From Nemertoderma westbladi (Eukaryota > Animalia > Xenacoelomorpha), in the NCBI GenBank assembly GCA_032718475.1, contig JAUCBJ010006410.1, positions 1 to 64,000 of the forward strand: 64,000 nucleotides of DNA, written 5' to 3'. A program made the position numbers and the translations under genes. Each line of letters opens with the position of its first letter. The first letter of the stretch is position 1. Shown one piece after another: positions 21,321-33,132 of this stretch. The notes beneath the pieces were generated by a model. The model worked only from the letters and a program-made list of their open reading frames with translations, was not told where the DNA came from and did no database searches.

Positions 21321-22457
21321 GTGGAAGTTCAGACAGTGGGTCCGCTTGCGGAGACAGCCGCACCTACCTCAGCTATGCAATTGGAAGACGAACCAATATG
21401 CTTAGAATCTGAAGCGATCCAGCCTACAGCGCCCCGGAGCAGCGATATCGATTACGTCTTGGAGTGGTATCAAGGTCCACAATGTCTCACCGCATACGAT
21501 TATCGACACGCCAACTATGTTTCTCGAAAACGTTGTCGATTATGCGCATCGAGAGACCATTTCACCCCTATGGACTCCGACGTACCCTGCTCCTATTTCC
21601 ACGAACAACCGATGATGGAAATCTATTGTGCGTATTGCAGACTTAATAACTCGCACATTTTTGCAGTCTGCCCCCCATTTATGACTCAATGCCACCACTG
21701 TCAACTTAAAGGACATGCCAGTTATAATTGCCCCTTTAACCGCGATTTAGAAAGCGTAGATGAGATGATTACCCTGCGCTACATCCGAGCTTGGGAAGCG
21801 AACGCGGATTTACATTGTGAGTCCCGCCATCGCTACTACCCTGGACGCTCTTACGAGGGAGTTTACGCGTTCCATCCTTATTTATTCGCGTCTGTGGAAC
21901 AAAAAACACGCACACCGAGTTACGAACTAATGAAGCGTGTTGGTGAGTGTATTTCCACCAAATTTGTTCGAAAATATCTTAGGAACGTCAATCCTAACGA
22001 TATTACTTCATACCATTTGATCAATTTCATCCGTCAAGACCCTGAGTATGGCGATTTATTTATCAACTCGCACCCTGAGTTACCAGAAGTATCTCGACGG
22101 CCCTACGAATATCGAGCCCGAGAATGCGAGCTGGAAAGAACCATTAAACCGAGGAAGTTTCTCACCACTCACGGTCCGCCTACCGCCATTGTCCAGACGA
22201 CCCGTCAAGGACCCGTAGGAGCTGCTGTCCTAAGACGCGCCCTAAAGGCCGTTAGACCTCGCTCCACTGAAGTTGATATCGATCAACCAGGTACCTCGAC
22301 CGGCGGATACACCGATCGTAATCCTAAACCTTCTGATGCAATAGTATTGCACCCTTCACCCAGGAGTTACAGCCCTCCTAGTAAAGTGGCTCGCCCCAAA
22401 GAGAAAAGGACTCTTGCTAGCCTCAAAAAACTGCGTAAACGCCGTAAGAAAGACTAA
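21321..22457 (+). CDS. Cargo ORF part 3: CCHC zinc knuckles and basic NLS-like tail
   Basis: CRLCASRDH, CAYCRLNNSHIFAVC, CHHCQLKGHASYNC (CX2CX4HX4C); C-terminus LKKLRKRRKKD; in frame with part 2 across a single TGA. Confidence 0.7.
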   Translation: MEVQTVGPLAETAAPTSAMQLEDEPICLESEAIQPTAPRSSDIDYVLEWYQGPQCLTAYDYRHANYVSRKRCRLCASRDHFTPMDSDVPCSYFHEQPMMEIYCAYCRLNNSHIFAVCPPFMTQCHHCQLKGHASYNCPFNRDLESVDEMITLRYIRAWEANADLHCESRHRYYPGRSYEGVYAFHPYLFASVEQKTRTPSYELMKRVGECISTKFVRKYLRNVNPNDITSYHLINFIRQDPEYGDLFINSHPELPEVSRRPYEYRARECELERTIKPRKFLTTHGPPTAIVQTTRQGPVGAAVLRRALKAVRPRSTEVDIDQPGTSTGGYTDRNPKPSDAIVLHPSPRSYSPPSKVARPKEKRTLASLKKLRKRRKKD

Positions 22458-22534
22458 CTGTTTAGAGTATTTTTATATTTAGAAACTGTGATTTTTTATA
22501 TTTTATAGACTTAAATCCCATTTTCTGGGAGCGG

Positions 22535-23694
22535 TGTAAAAGCTTTTACGGAATTAGCCGGTTATTTTCCCCGTAAAGTGCTCTGTAGTTGTTTTAACAG
22601 GCATAAAAGGCCGTATCCTTACTGTACTGATGTTTTAGGGGACATAAAAAGCTATTTCTTCTGTATGTGTACTTTAGCGGACATAATTAGCAATTCTATG
22701 ACGCAATGCGCTAGATCCTCTTGAAACAGTGTAGCTACCATGACGACGGCTAACAGCTGATGCTGTACACGTGGAGCTTTTCCTTTGTTCTCTGTTCCTT
22801 CTTTGTTCGGTCGACCAATCAGAGCGTTTTTTGACTCTGTGTTGGAGATTGTATACAGAAACTCGTGGAGTTGAGTCAGTATGTGTTTTATCCACTGCCT
22901 AGAACACCGGCTTTGGAACCTCCGTGTTTCAGACTTTAGCCCTACATTAGTAGGCTTAATTATAGAACGTATATCTGTTATCATATCTCATATCAATCAA
23001 ACATAACCATTCATACCTCAACCTTTGTACTGCTATTTACTGTCAGTTATTCATTATATATGTTGATGGAATATTATTATATTTGGAATACCGATAAATG
23101 ATTACAAACCCTCGATCTTCTTGATATACCGAAGGTTAGAGAGACCGGTTACATATAACGATTGCGACTTACATTAAAGTGGTTTGAAGTGAATCTAATG
23201 CTATTTCATAGGCACTACATGTATTGTCTGTTGTTCTCTTTATATGTGACTAAAATTAGTGAAGGTCGGCAGATCAGTGTGCAGCATTGTGCAGTATTGT
23301 GTATGATTGTGACTGATAACAAAGCCTCTCCCAAAGAATGCGCCATATACGTGAATCTATAGCCATCCCGTTGTGTCTAGTTTAAGTCATAACTCTGTTT
23401 ACATATTTAGAGCGCCACGTCCTAAAGGAACTGTTAATATTTCCCGAAAGTGAATAATATTTGTCAGAGATTATATATTACGACCAGTCGAATAATACAG
23501 TAGGCCTACCCCGCAATACGGTTAGGCTTCCGAATCCAGTCTCCCGGGTATATCCAGCGGGTGAATGATCGCGCATAGACTGGCTTCGGCTAATGTAGTG
23601 TATCAAATACTCGTCATAGGCTAAAGTCGATTTATTATCTAGAAGACATCCAAATTTGGCAGGTTAAACTGCTAAAGGTCTGAAAGCGCGAACA
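22535..23694 (+). repeat. 3' LTR
   Basis: Near-identical to 10272-11431; followed by TSD GTGCA. Confidence 0.95.
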
Positions 23695-24533
23695 GTGCAA
23701 CATCAATTGGCTCTCTGCCATCCACAATAAAATAAGAAAAAATAAATAAAACCCAGTATAATTTTGGAACCTTAAACCGTCATTATTGTATACAGTGCAA
23801 TTATTAGAGTACGAACTGTAAATTAGGACGATGGATGTTGGACTGTAAAGACGATTTCTTCTTATTGTAGTAAAGTAGCTATCAGGTTCAGCTATCTCTC
23901 TTTATCAGGAAACACTTCAAAGCAAAGTTCTTTCGTAATTGCTAATTGCTCAGTATCCCATTTTATCAAGTTTACGGTATTTTTTGATAAATAGGTGATT
24001 GACTGATCTCATAAAAGGCCGGCACATTCTGCCGTTGCTACTGTACACTACATGCATGCTACGCTCTGTGTTCGTACATGTATAAGCGTGTGCTGACGTA
24101 CATTGCAATAGATAAGCATATACTCACTTCTGTATGCATAGTGGAGGCCTAATAAGGTAAAGAGCAAATATGCCGGGACACAAACCTTTTAATGTTTTAT
24201 TTAGCAAATTGTTCTAGAGACACTAAGAAATGTTACGACAAAAACACACCTTGAAAAATTGGCCCTTGGGAGATCTGTTAAATTGACGAAACTAACATTA
24301 GCAACAATAATTTTCCATAGCAACAAGTTAAACTACATATTTGTGGTAATTTCCACCGATGACAACTTGGCATTTCTACAGTAGTTATCTATGCCGTGCC
24401 GTGTTTTCCTGTTAGCGCCCCCATTCCTGTCCCCCCCCCCCCCCCCCGAATTTCCACTTACCCCCCGACCATTCCTGTTACCCCCCATATAATCCATATT
24501 TTGTATTTTCCATATTTCTCATTTCTCCATATA

Positions 24534-25378
24534 TGGAGATTAATCCGTATGTGATTTTAAAGATTAGGCATTGCGGACCAGTAAGAAGTGCACAGCACAC
24601 ATGCAGACTGAAGACAGGTAGGCCTACTTAAAAGCGATATGATTTAAAGAGTGCGGCTGCCGCTACCTAATGCAGTAATGGCAAATAAACATTGTAGGTC
24701 CAGGATGAGTGACAGCTGACAGATGATGTCCTTCAGCCCCGGGATGCCTTGTTTTATTGTACTAACTGACACCTGGCCGCCCGGTTGGACTTAGATTAAT
24801 TACTGGCACCCGGTTGCACTCGCTGACACGTGGTTTGACTAACTGGCACTACGTTGGACTTGTTGGCACTTGGTTGCATATGGTTAACTAAATACTGGCC
24901 CCGAAACAGCCAAAATAAAAGGTACATATATTATATGTTAATAAATTCACAAAGACAGACACGATGGTTTTCAATATCTGTGCGAATGTTTATTCCCTTA
25001 GCATTCTCATTGCTGCTTCTATCAGTCTATACTATGTTAGTGCCATATACTGTAACAACCAACAACATTCTATAGCCAGGTTGGTGGAAAAACAGTTCAA
25101 AAATAAATCACGGTTGGTTAGATTTCCAAGCGGCGTCAAGAAGTGTTAACCGGTTAATAGGTACTGCACTGCTGGCGCATCCTGGGGCTGGCGGACACCG
25201 GCTGTCACTCATCCTGGACTGTCCTGCATTGTTTATTTGACAAAAGGTAGCGGCCGCCACACTCTTTAAATCACTTAGCTTTAAGTAGGCCTACCTGTCT
25301 TCAGTCTGCATGTGTGATGTGCACTTCTTACTGGTCCGCAATGCCTAATCTCTAAAATCACATACGGATTATTCTCCA
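24534..25378. mobile_element. Foldback/MITE with ~185-bp inverted arms, flanked by TA
   Basis: 24532-24718 is the approximate reverse complement of 25199-25380. Confidence 0.75.
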
Positions 25379-26383
25379 TAGGAATCCATCACATAGGGCA
25401 CATACGCGTATGTACTGTACATACGGATACGGCAAATGCATACGAATACGGATACGGCGAAAAGTTATACCCATAAACCATGTCTTTTAATAACCGTGGA
25501 CAGGGATCAAGTGTAAATACTAAATAGTAGTGGGCCGAATCGTTGTTAAACGAGCAATTACAGTATGTCTCTCAACAGAGGTACACTAAATCCCCCGACA
25601 TGGAGTCACTAACACTGGAACATTTACTCGAGTGTCTGTATTTTTTTACATGTTTCCTTTATTGAAAAATATCGTGAAGTTTTATATTTGAAAAATCCCC
25701 CCAAATACAGAAAATTGGCGGGAACGTTTGAAACTCTCATAACTTCAAAGTCGATTTTCTCAAAACTTTGTTAATATTAAGACTGCTAATTTTGAAAATT
25801 CATTATCTTGACAACACGTTATTGAATTTGAAATCTGTGTTCAGTTTCCGATTCATCATAAAAATGTGTATTTGAAAAAAAAAACATACAAATTTATTTT
25901 TTGTAACCGCGTAGGTCGGTTTCTTGATCAAACCTCACATACTGTATGTTAACGTTGTTTAATTTCATTCATTTTGATTAGATTTGTTAATTTTGAGTCC
26001 CCCCCCCCCCCTTTATAGCTCTGGCCCCTCCCCTTCTGAAATCATGGCTACGCCACTGATCAGATATAGACAAATATCCGTTGGCCTAACTGCTTAAATA
26101 ATTATTAGGAACAGATTATGACAGATTGTAATTGTTTGCTAACTAACTTTGATCACTAATCATGTTGCAATGCTCAACATGTGCAAGTTACAGTTAGTAT
26201 GCGGGTTACAAGGCTAATTGCTAATAAGAAGTTGACAGTAACAATGTGTTGGCAAAGCTGTATTTTTCGAGGTGTTTGTTATTATGCATTTATTATAGGA
26301 AGGGATCTAGGGGTCTTTTACCTCGAACGATCATCCGAATGTGGTTGTAGTCTCGGCTTCCACCTCGAGTTCCCTGGTTCGAA

Positions 26384-26437
26384 TCCGACACCACGCTGAT
26401 GAGACCCAGTAAGGTCGAAATGCGTACGTGGTTTGGA
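26384..26437 (+). ncRNA. Minimal type I hammerhead ribozyme (family B) directly after a tRNA-like head
   Basis: ACCACG-CUGAUGA-GACC(CAGUAA)GGUC-GAAA-UGCG-UA|CGUGGU; stem I extended by UCCGA/UUGGA; B box GGTTCGAATCC at 26376-26386. Confidence 0.8.
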
Positions 26438-27099
26438 GATATATGAGATATTAATTTCAAGAAAAATTACGCGATTCTTAAATTTGTACACTACCCGGTT
26501 AAAAAGTACGCATGTGATGGGATTAGTCCTACAATTGCGCCAATAAAAGATAAGTTATTTTCGGTAAAAAAAACTTATCATTCGAGCACCTATAATAAAT
26601 GCATAATAAGAAGTTAACTGACAGTCAGATTTGTAACTTTGGTACATGAATTCGTACCTTGGACATTTTGATCTTCTTATGGGTGCTTGGCTTTGTTACT
26701 GGCGACTTAAATTGGTAATTGGGCAGGGGGACTTCAATTTGTAACCAGTAACTTCAAATCGTAACCAGGTTGCCAACAAATCGTAACCAGGTTGCCAACA
26801 AAGATACAGATGATTTACTAAAAAATTTCTAAATTGACCCCAACCCCCCGGAGGGACATCAGTTTGCTACCAGGTGGTCATATTTGTAACCAAGAAACAC
26901 ACATTGATTTGAAACCACTACCACAGATTCGTAAAAAGATTCGTATCACTAACCCGTGGCTGTGTCCTCTGTCAAACGAAAATTATAATGAAGATTTTGT
27001 GGCATTTGATTACAGATTAGGCCTAAATAACTGCAGAACTGTAACCCAGTACCGGTTGCGGGTAGGCCTAACTGCCTAAGTGAATAGCAGTGGATAGCA

Positions 27100-28155
27100 A
27101 TGGATCTACCAATGGCGAACGCGGAACCTTTAGCGTTATCTTTATCCCTCCCGTGTTTTATCGGCAATTTAAAACTCCGATATGATCTGTGGAGATACTG
27201 TCGGAATAGACACCGACAGAAAGACAAACTCGCAAACTTCTACACAAACAATATGTTGTTGTCTCTGACGTTGGATCTGGTTCTCGGACTGTCTATAGTA
27301 GCCTACCTCATCCACATGACATCAGCGCATAACGTGTACACCAGACTAGCCGACTCTATGGTCATGACTGGTTCCTTTATTGCCGAGAAACTAGACTCCT
27401 TATTGCGTTGGTTAATGGGATCGCCTGTAGGCCTGAAACTCAATACGCCCCTGGCGGATATCCTCGGTACTTTCTTCCTGTACCACGTCCGACTGTGGCA
27501 CTCGTGGCTCCTCGTGCTTTCACCCCATCTCCCGGGCATCCTCACCGCTCTCTCCCTCACCGGCTGTCTCGGTATCTCTACACTTCTATGCGCTGTACTA
27601 GACCTCGTATCGGTCATGTGTTTCCATGTTTCTTGCTTCTATATTTACGCTGCTAAGATTTACTCGGTAGGAGTGAAATCGCTTCTATCTTTGTCGCGAT
27701 TATTTCGCGGTAAGAAATGGAACGTCCTGCGACAACGGGTAGACAGTTGTGACTATTCCACCGACCAACTCTTCCTTGGAACTATCCTATTTACTATCAT
27801 TCTGTTCCTAATGCCAACTATCACACTCAACTATGTAGTCTTCGCCGCGTTAAGATCTTCTCTCTTAGCCTTCCAGGGCGTGGCCCAGTACCTTATTGGC
27901 TGCATCCGTTACGCGCAGCTCTACACCGTCTACTGCTGGGCTCGTAATCACCCTGCGGTTGCAACGCGCTGTTACTACCGGGTTGAATCGGTGGACTCGA
28001 GTGGACGCCGCACGTTACGGAGATGCCTCTCGTCGCCACCGTTACGGGTTCTGTTAGAGAGAACTACTCCCATAACTGGCAGACCGCAGTCATTGGGCGG
28101 GATATTCAAAAAGATTCTGGTTGGCCATCTTTTATTTAAATGGGGCGCGAATTAA
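27100..28155 (+). CDS. PIGQ: Phosphatidylinositol N-acetylglucosaminyltransferase subunit Q (Gpi1 domain)
   Basis: WLMGSPVGLKLN, LGTFFLYH, RLFRGKKWNVLRQRVDSCDYSTDQLFLGTILFTIILFLMPT; multi-pass hydrophobic; AATAAA at ~28265. Confidence 0.93.
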   Translation: MDLPMANAEPLALSLSLPCFIGNLKLRYDLWRYCRNRHRQKDKLANFYTNNMLLSLTLDLVLGLSIVAYLIHMTSAHNVYTRLADSMVMTGSFIAEKLDSLLRWLMGSPVGLKLNTPLADILGTFFLYHVRLWHSWLLVLSPHLPGILTALSLTGCLGISTLLCAVLDLVSVMCFHVSCFYIYAAKIYSVGVKSLLSLSRLFRGKKWNVLRQRVDSCDYSTDQLFLGTILFTIILFLMPTITLNYVVFAALRSSLLAFQGVAQYLIGCIRYAQLYTVYCWARNHPAVATRCYYRVESVDSSGRRTLRRCLSSPPLRVLLERTTPITGRPQSLGGIFKKILVGHLLFKWGAN

Positions 28156-29477
28156 TGGGATTTAGTTCCTTGATGTAACAAATTTGAGTTAAACTTGCTG
28201 AAGTTCCATTAGTTAACTGATGGGATGGATTTAATTAACTAATTAGTTAATGACTCAAATTCAAAATAAAAGCAATACAAGTCTTTTTGTTCGGTTTTAA
28301 AACTTTCTACAGCAAAACTCTCGTTGTCACTGTGAAGATTCATATTCAAATATGTTTTAAAGACATGAAATTTCGTCAACAAATATTTGAATTAATACCC
28401 GAGCTAATGAAACATTCCAGATAATATTATTTATTGGATATTCAATCGACATCGATAGTGTCTAAATAATATTTCCAGAATGTTTTGTATTAATAAACGA
28501 TACCCCATCAATAGATAATATTTAAACTGAGGAGATCAATCACCTATTATTGGTTTAATAATTTAATTATTTCTGAACTTTTCAAACGCGAGAACAGTTT
28601 ATATCCTCTACTTTAACATGTTATAAAAAATTCTGAAAGTATATTTCATTTCTGTAAAAAAGTAGCATCTCATTAATTGTGGTTTGAGTTTTGATTTTTA
28701 TTCGTGGGTCATATTGATATTTAGAGAAAGATATAATATAATACAGTTTCTTGTTTTGTTTCCTATTATATTATTATAATTATTTATTACAGTTCCAATA
28801 TCAGCTCAACCCTGATTCATTTTTAGTGTTTAAACGATATCCTGGGGAGAAATATAATCCCGGTCCCGACTTTTTTTTGGAACGTGATCCCGAAGTATAA
28901 ATAGTGAAGTAAATTAGTTGAATATCCGATAAATAGCTGCAGCAGAAGGAAATTTAGTGATTATACAGAATTCATATGTCAGTAAACCATCTTAGTAAAC
29001 AACTATAAATTAATTCTACTCATATAATTTTATGTTACTAATATTTCGGCAGTGTGATTGTAATGTTGCCAAAAACTCGTTTTATTCCCGAGAGTGATAA
29101 GCCCAATCCCGAAATGTCTGACCCCGTTCTGATACTAGTAGTTAATTTATAGGAAAATATAGATGTCAATGACAGTTTCAATTTAAATTTAAGAACAAAC
29201 AGATTTATCTTTTTATTTTTTTTACAAAAATTTAGTTATAAACTATTCCACGTGTTATGAAATTTAAGGATTATTTTCATTATTTATTGTTCATCATTTC
29301 GTTTAAGGGGGGGGGGGGGGTAGTCTAATTTGGGCCAAAAAATTGAAATTTTTAAATATATCCTATCTGCATCAGAATATAATGGTGATTCCAAATCTAA
29401 AAACAGTTTTTCCATATCTTGTTATGTTTACGAGATATTATGTACGTAATGTGAAGTACGGATAGTTTCACATGTAC

Positions 29478-29620
29478 AGTAGTTGAGTAAGCTGAATTTG
29501 CGTTTCACAGATAGTTGAGTAGACTGAATTTGCGTTTCACAGATAGTTGAGTAGACTGAATTTGCGTTTCACAGATAGTTGAGTAGACTGAATTTGCGTT
29601 TCACAGATAGTTGAGTAGAT
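29478..29620. repeat. 32-bp tandem repeat, ~4.4 copies
   Basis: TAGTTGAGTAGACTGAATTTGCGTTTCACAGA repeated. Confidence 0.9.
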
Positions 29621-29950
29621 AAAATCATATTTGTGTCAACTTTAATATATTTTAGAGGTGAGTTTTGAATTAAGGACCCCTGTTTTGTGCATATAGCAAG
29701 TATTGGTGTTCTACTCATTGCAGAATCCATTATGTGACTATAATTTAGTTGTTCGATAAAGAATCAAAGCGCGATATTTCTGTCTTACACTAAATCGAAT
29801 ATTCCCGTCAATGATTTTTTTGCTATTAGCGTGTCTTAAAAAAGTTTCACACTTTTCATTTTTTATCGTGCAGAGCTCATTCAGGCCTCATTTTAAGGGG
29901 AATTATCAGGAGAACAAATGTTAATATATTTTACAGATATTTTCAAGATA

Positions 29951-31264
29951 CTACTACTACTACTAGGATCGGCATGCTGCATTGCAGCTGCATTTTTAAG
30001 AAAGCTGTGCCGGCTTATCGACAAAATTGCACCGCCACAACTACCTATCACCCATGACATTTGCTAGATCATCCACATCTTCAAGGCCAGTGTCCTTTAA
30101 GATGCGTCTCAAGAAAGTCATGGGCTGTCCACCATGCTTATTCACTCCATGAGGCTGCCAAAGTACAAGATTATGCACTGGCTGGTCCTCACGGCGAAAG
30201 CAATGTCCTGCAAAGCGGAGGCGATTTTGTTCTAGTGTCAAGCTTGGGGGAACCAATGAGACACCTCCAATGTTATATAGTGTCTGGTTGGAGATGTGTG
30301 CATTGAACTTGACACAATGAACCCGGCGTAGCATTCTTGTGAATGTGCCGTCCAGAGATTTGGTGTCCTCACCAGTTAGAGCCCAGCATGGACTCTCATA
30401 GAGGAGTACTGGAACTACTGCTGCTCTAAATAACCGGACCTTAAGTTTCCGATTAATTCTCGGTGACTTCCAAATCCTGGAAAGCCTATTCAATGCTGCC
30501 CATGCCTTTCCCTTACGTATTCGAAGGTCCTCACGTGACTTCCGGATCCATGATCCCAGGTAACAGAAGTCATCGACATGCTCAAGCATACCATCTTTTG
30601 AGCTTATGCTCATCCGATCAGAGACTTGCTGAGGACTTTCAAAGTTAACTGTCAAAGTTTTGGTCTTTCTGGAGTTAATAAAAAGACCAACACTAGAAGC
30701 AGCATGTTCTAATGAGCTGATGAGCCGTTGGGCTCCCTCTAGTGATTCTGAGAGTACTCCTAAGTCATCAGCAAAGTCTAGATCAGTTAGGTACTTGGCA
30801 GGATTTCCTCGACTTCTGGAGCCAGTAGGTGGAGTTATCATCACCCCATCATCATTATGATGATCTAAGGACATGCGTAGAACATAGTCAACAACAATTA
30901 TGAACAAGAATGAAGCAAGTGTGTCTCCCTTGAGGACGCCCCATAACACTTCAAATGGTTCTGTGTCACCGTCAACAGTAGACACAAATGTTGTCGAACC
31001 ATCGTATACTGATCTGATTGCTGCAATAATTTCATCAGGAATCCCATATAATGAAAGTATGCTGAACATACGTGAGCGGGAGACTGAATCAAAGATAACA
31101 GCCAGATGCCTGTCTTTCTTTTTTGATAACTCTTCAATTATCCTCCTAAGTGCCAAAATGGGCTCCATGGTCCCACGACCTTTACGGAACCCATTCTGAT
31201 TTCCACGGAGCAGTCTCTCAATGGGATCCTTGATGCGATTTAATAGAATCCTATTGTATAGCTT
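29951..31264 (-). mobile_element. RTE LINE copy 3, 5'-truncated, with TSD
   Basis: ORF 30041..31267 with RT motifs; (TAG)n tail 29951-29965; TSD TTCAAGATA at 29942-29950 and 31263-31271. Confidence 0.93.
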
Positions 31265-32369
31265 CAAGATAGCTTACTAATTGACTGCAATGAAATATAT
31301 CCAGAATTTGCGAATGCTTACCATTTAAATTATGGATAGCTCTACTTTGCATGAATCATTGGCTTTGACTTATACTAACATTTGTTCTCCTGAAAATTCC
31401 CTTTAAAATGAGCTCAGTACGATAAAAAATGAAGGGTGTGAAACTTTTTAAGACTACTATATTTAAAACTATTCAGCTAGAATGAATTTCTGAATTTTCT
31501 GAATGAATTTCGCCAAATTGAAAATGAGTGAAAAAGGGGTGATCTGCGCGAATTCGAAAAATTTTTTCAGTGTAGACACTCAATATGTAAGTTAAAGGCA
31601 TTTAAATTTTATAATGTTAACGAACCAGATGTTGATTGTTGATATCTATATACCATATGAAAGATTCAATCATATATATTATCAATTATAATATCAATAT
31701 CAAGATATCAATATGTAAGTTTTTGGTATCAAATGAAAGCGACTAGTGTGTGCAATAATGGAATTTGAACAGTTTTTTTTAATTTTGCAATTGTTCATCT
31801 GTTATAACATCTTTTACGAAAAAAACGTCCTTATAATTCAAAAATATAAATTTTGGATCTGGCCGTTAAGGGGCGTCAAAAATGTATTTTTTTGAAAATA
31901 TTACAATTCAATATACTGTAGTGCACCCAAAATGTGTCTTACACTTTTTTCTACTTATTAGCTTTTTGATGCAATAGCATTTCAAAATGTTTACTTCCAA
32001 GTCAGTAACACCCCCCCCCCCCCCCCCCCCCCCCCTTAAGTCTAAAGCTTTATTAAAAATCCTTGCAATAACAACCCACTATTCAGTGCCTGAGCCAATA
32101 TGTGCACTTTATTAAGTTGAACTTTACTTTATTTATCAATATAGAAAGTACCAATATCAATATCATTATTGTACTGTAAACACACTGGGAACACTAGGAC
32201 AGGCGTAGGCCTACACAATTCAACCAAAGTTGCTCTCTGTGGCTCTTTCACATGAAACCAACGAAAACTGGGAAATAATGTCCGAGTCGTCAACCCCATT
32301 GGGAACCGGATAAAAAGCATTATTTCAATGTGGGTTCCAATTGCATTCACTAATACCCCAGGTTAAAGG

Positions 32370-32832
32370 GCTCGCCCATGTGAAGAATACCAGGATTTCA
32401 CTTTTCGGTCGACTTTCTATTGGAATTTTATATATGAAGATTTTTTTTTTTTTTTTAATTTATCTTTATTAAATGTTTTATAGCGCTTATTTCTGTCTTA
32501 TAACCTGTACATACTAATTCGTTTATTGTTTTGGTTATATTCAGCCCTTTTGTAACCTGTGTTTTCGGTGAAAACCCGGTATTCTTCACATGGGGGTAAC
32601 TGCAAAGTGAAATATAACGGCAGAAAGTCTGGTATTCTTCACATGGGCCAAAGGGCTGAATAGCCAAACCAATAAACGAATTAGTAGGCCTATCTGTACA
32701 GGTTATAAGATATAAATAAGCGCTATGATACACATTACTGTATAAGGAGAAATTAAAAAAATACAAAATAATTATTCTTGTATAAATTAGAATAAAATAT
32801 CGTCCGAAAAGTGAAAACCCGGTCTCACATGC
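32370..32832. mobile_element. Small inverted-repeat element with internal TCTTCACATG motifs
   Basis: CATGTGAAGAATACCAGGATTTCACTTTTCGG (~32377) versus CCGAAAAGTGAAAACCCGGTCTCACATG (~32804); motif repeated at ~32570 and ~32630. Confidence 0.5.
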
Positions 32833-33119
32833 TTCATGTGGAAGCAATTGCTCGGGTCAGTATTGTCCCCGTTCCAATTGTCCTATATCCATTGCAGCTT
32901 ATGTGGGGCATATCCAACGACAGAATGTACTTGAGATTAATTTGAATTATTGTTTATTGATTGTCAGCAAATACAATACAAACCCTTGTATCAGCCAAAT
33001 GATGAGCTTCCTTACCAATTAGTTATTACTCTTTGTGTGTCTACTACGGTACTTCCTATCCTTATTCGACTCTATTGCTTCCAATTATTCTTGTAAGTGC
33101 AAATGTCATTTTGTTTACT

Positions 33120-33132
33120 GTTGCCTAGCAAC
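33120..33132. promoter_or_regulatory. RFX X-box upstream of the lebercilin gene
   Basis: GTTGCCTAGCAAC, ~230 bp 5' of the ATG of a ciliary gene. Confidence 0.6.

Larger units (their letters stand above)
10272..23694 (+). mobile_element. Non-autonomous BEL/Pao-type LTR retrotransposon carrying an extra exonuclease/Zn-knuckle cargo
   Basis: Two 1160-bp TG...CA LTRs, 5-bp TSD GTGCA (10267-10271, 23695-23699), BEL/Pao integrase C-terminus, short purine tract GGGAGCGG before the 3' LTR. Confidence 0.93.
29307..32035. mobile_element. Putative non-autonomous DNA transposon with TTAA flanks and G-run/C-run termini (Kolobok-like)
   Basis: TTAA|GGGG... at 29303-29306 and ...CCCC|TTAA at 32036-32039; internal inverted repeats 29833-29922/31376-31454 flank the RTE insertion. 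Confidence 0.45.
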
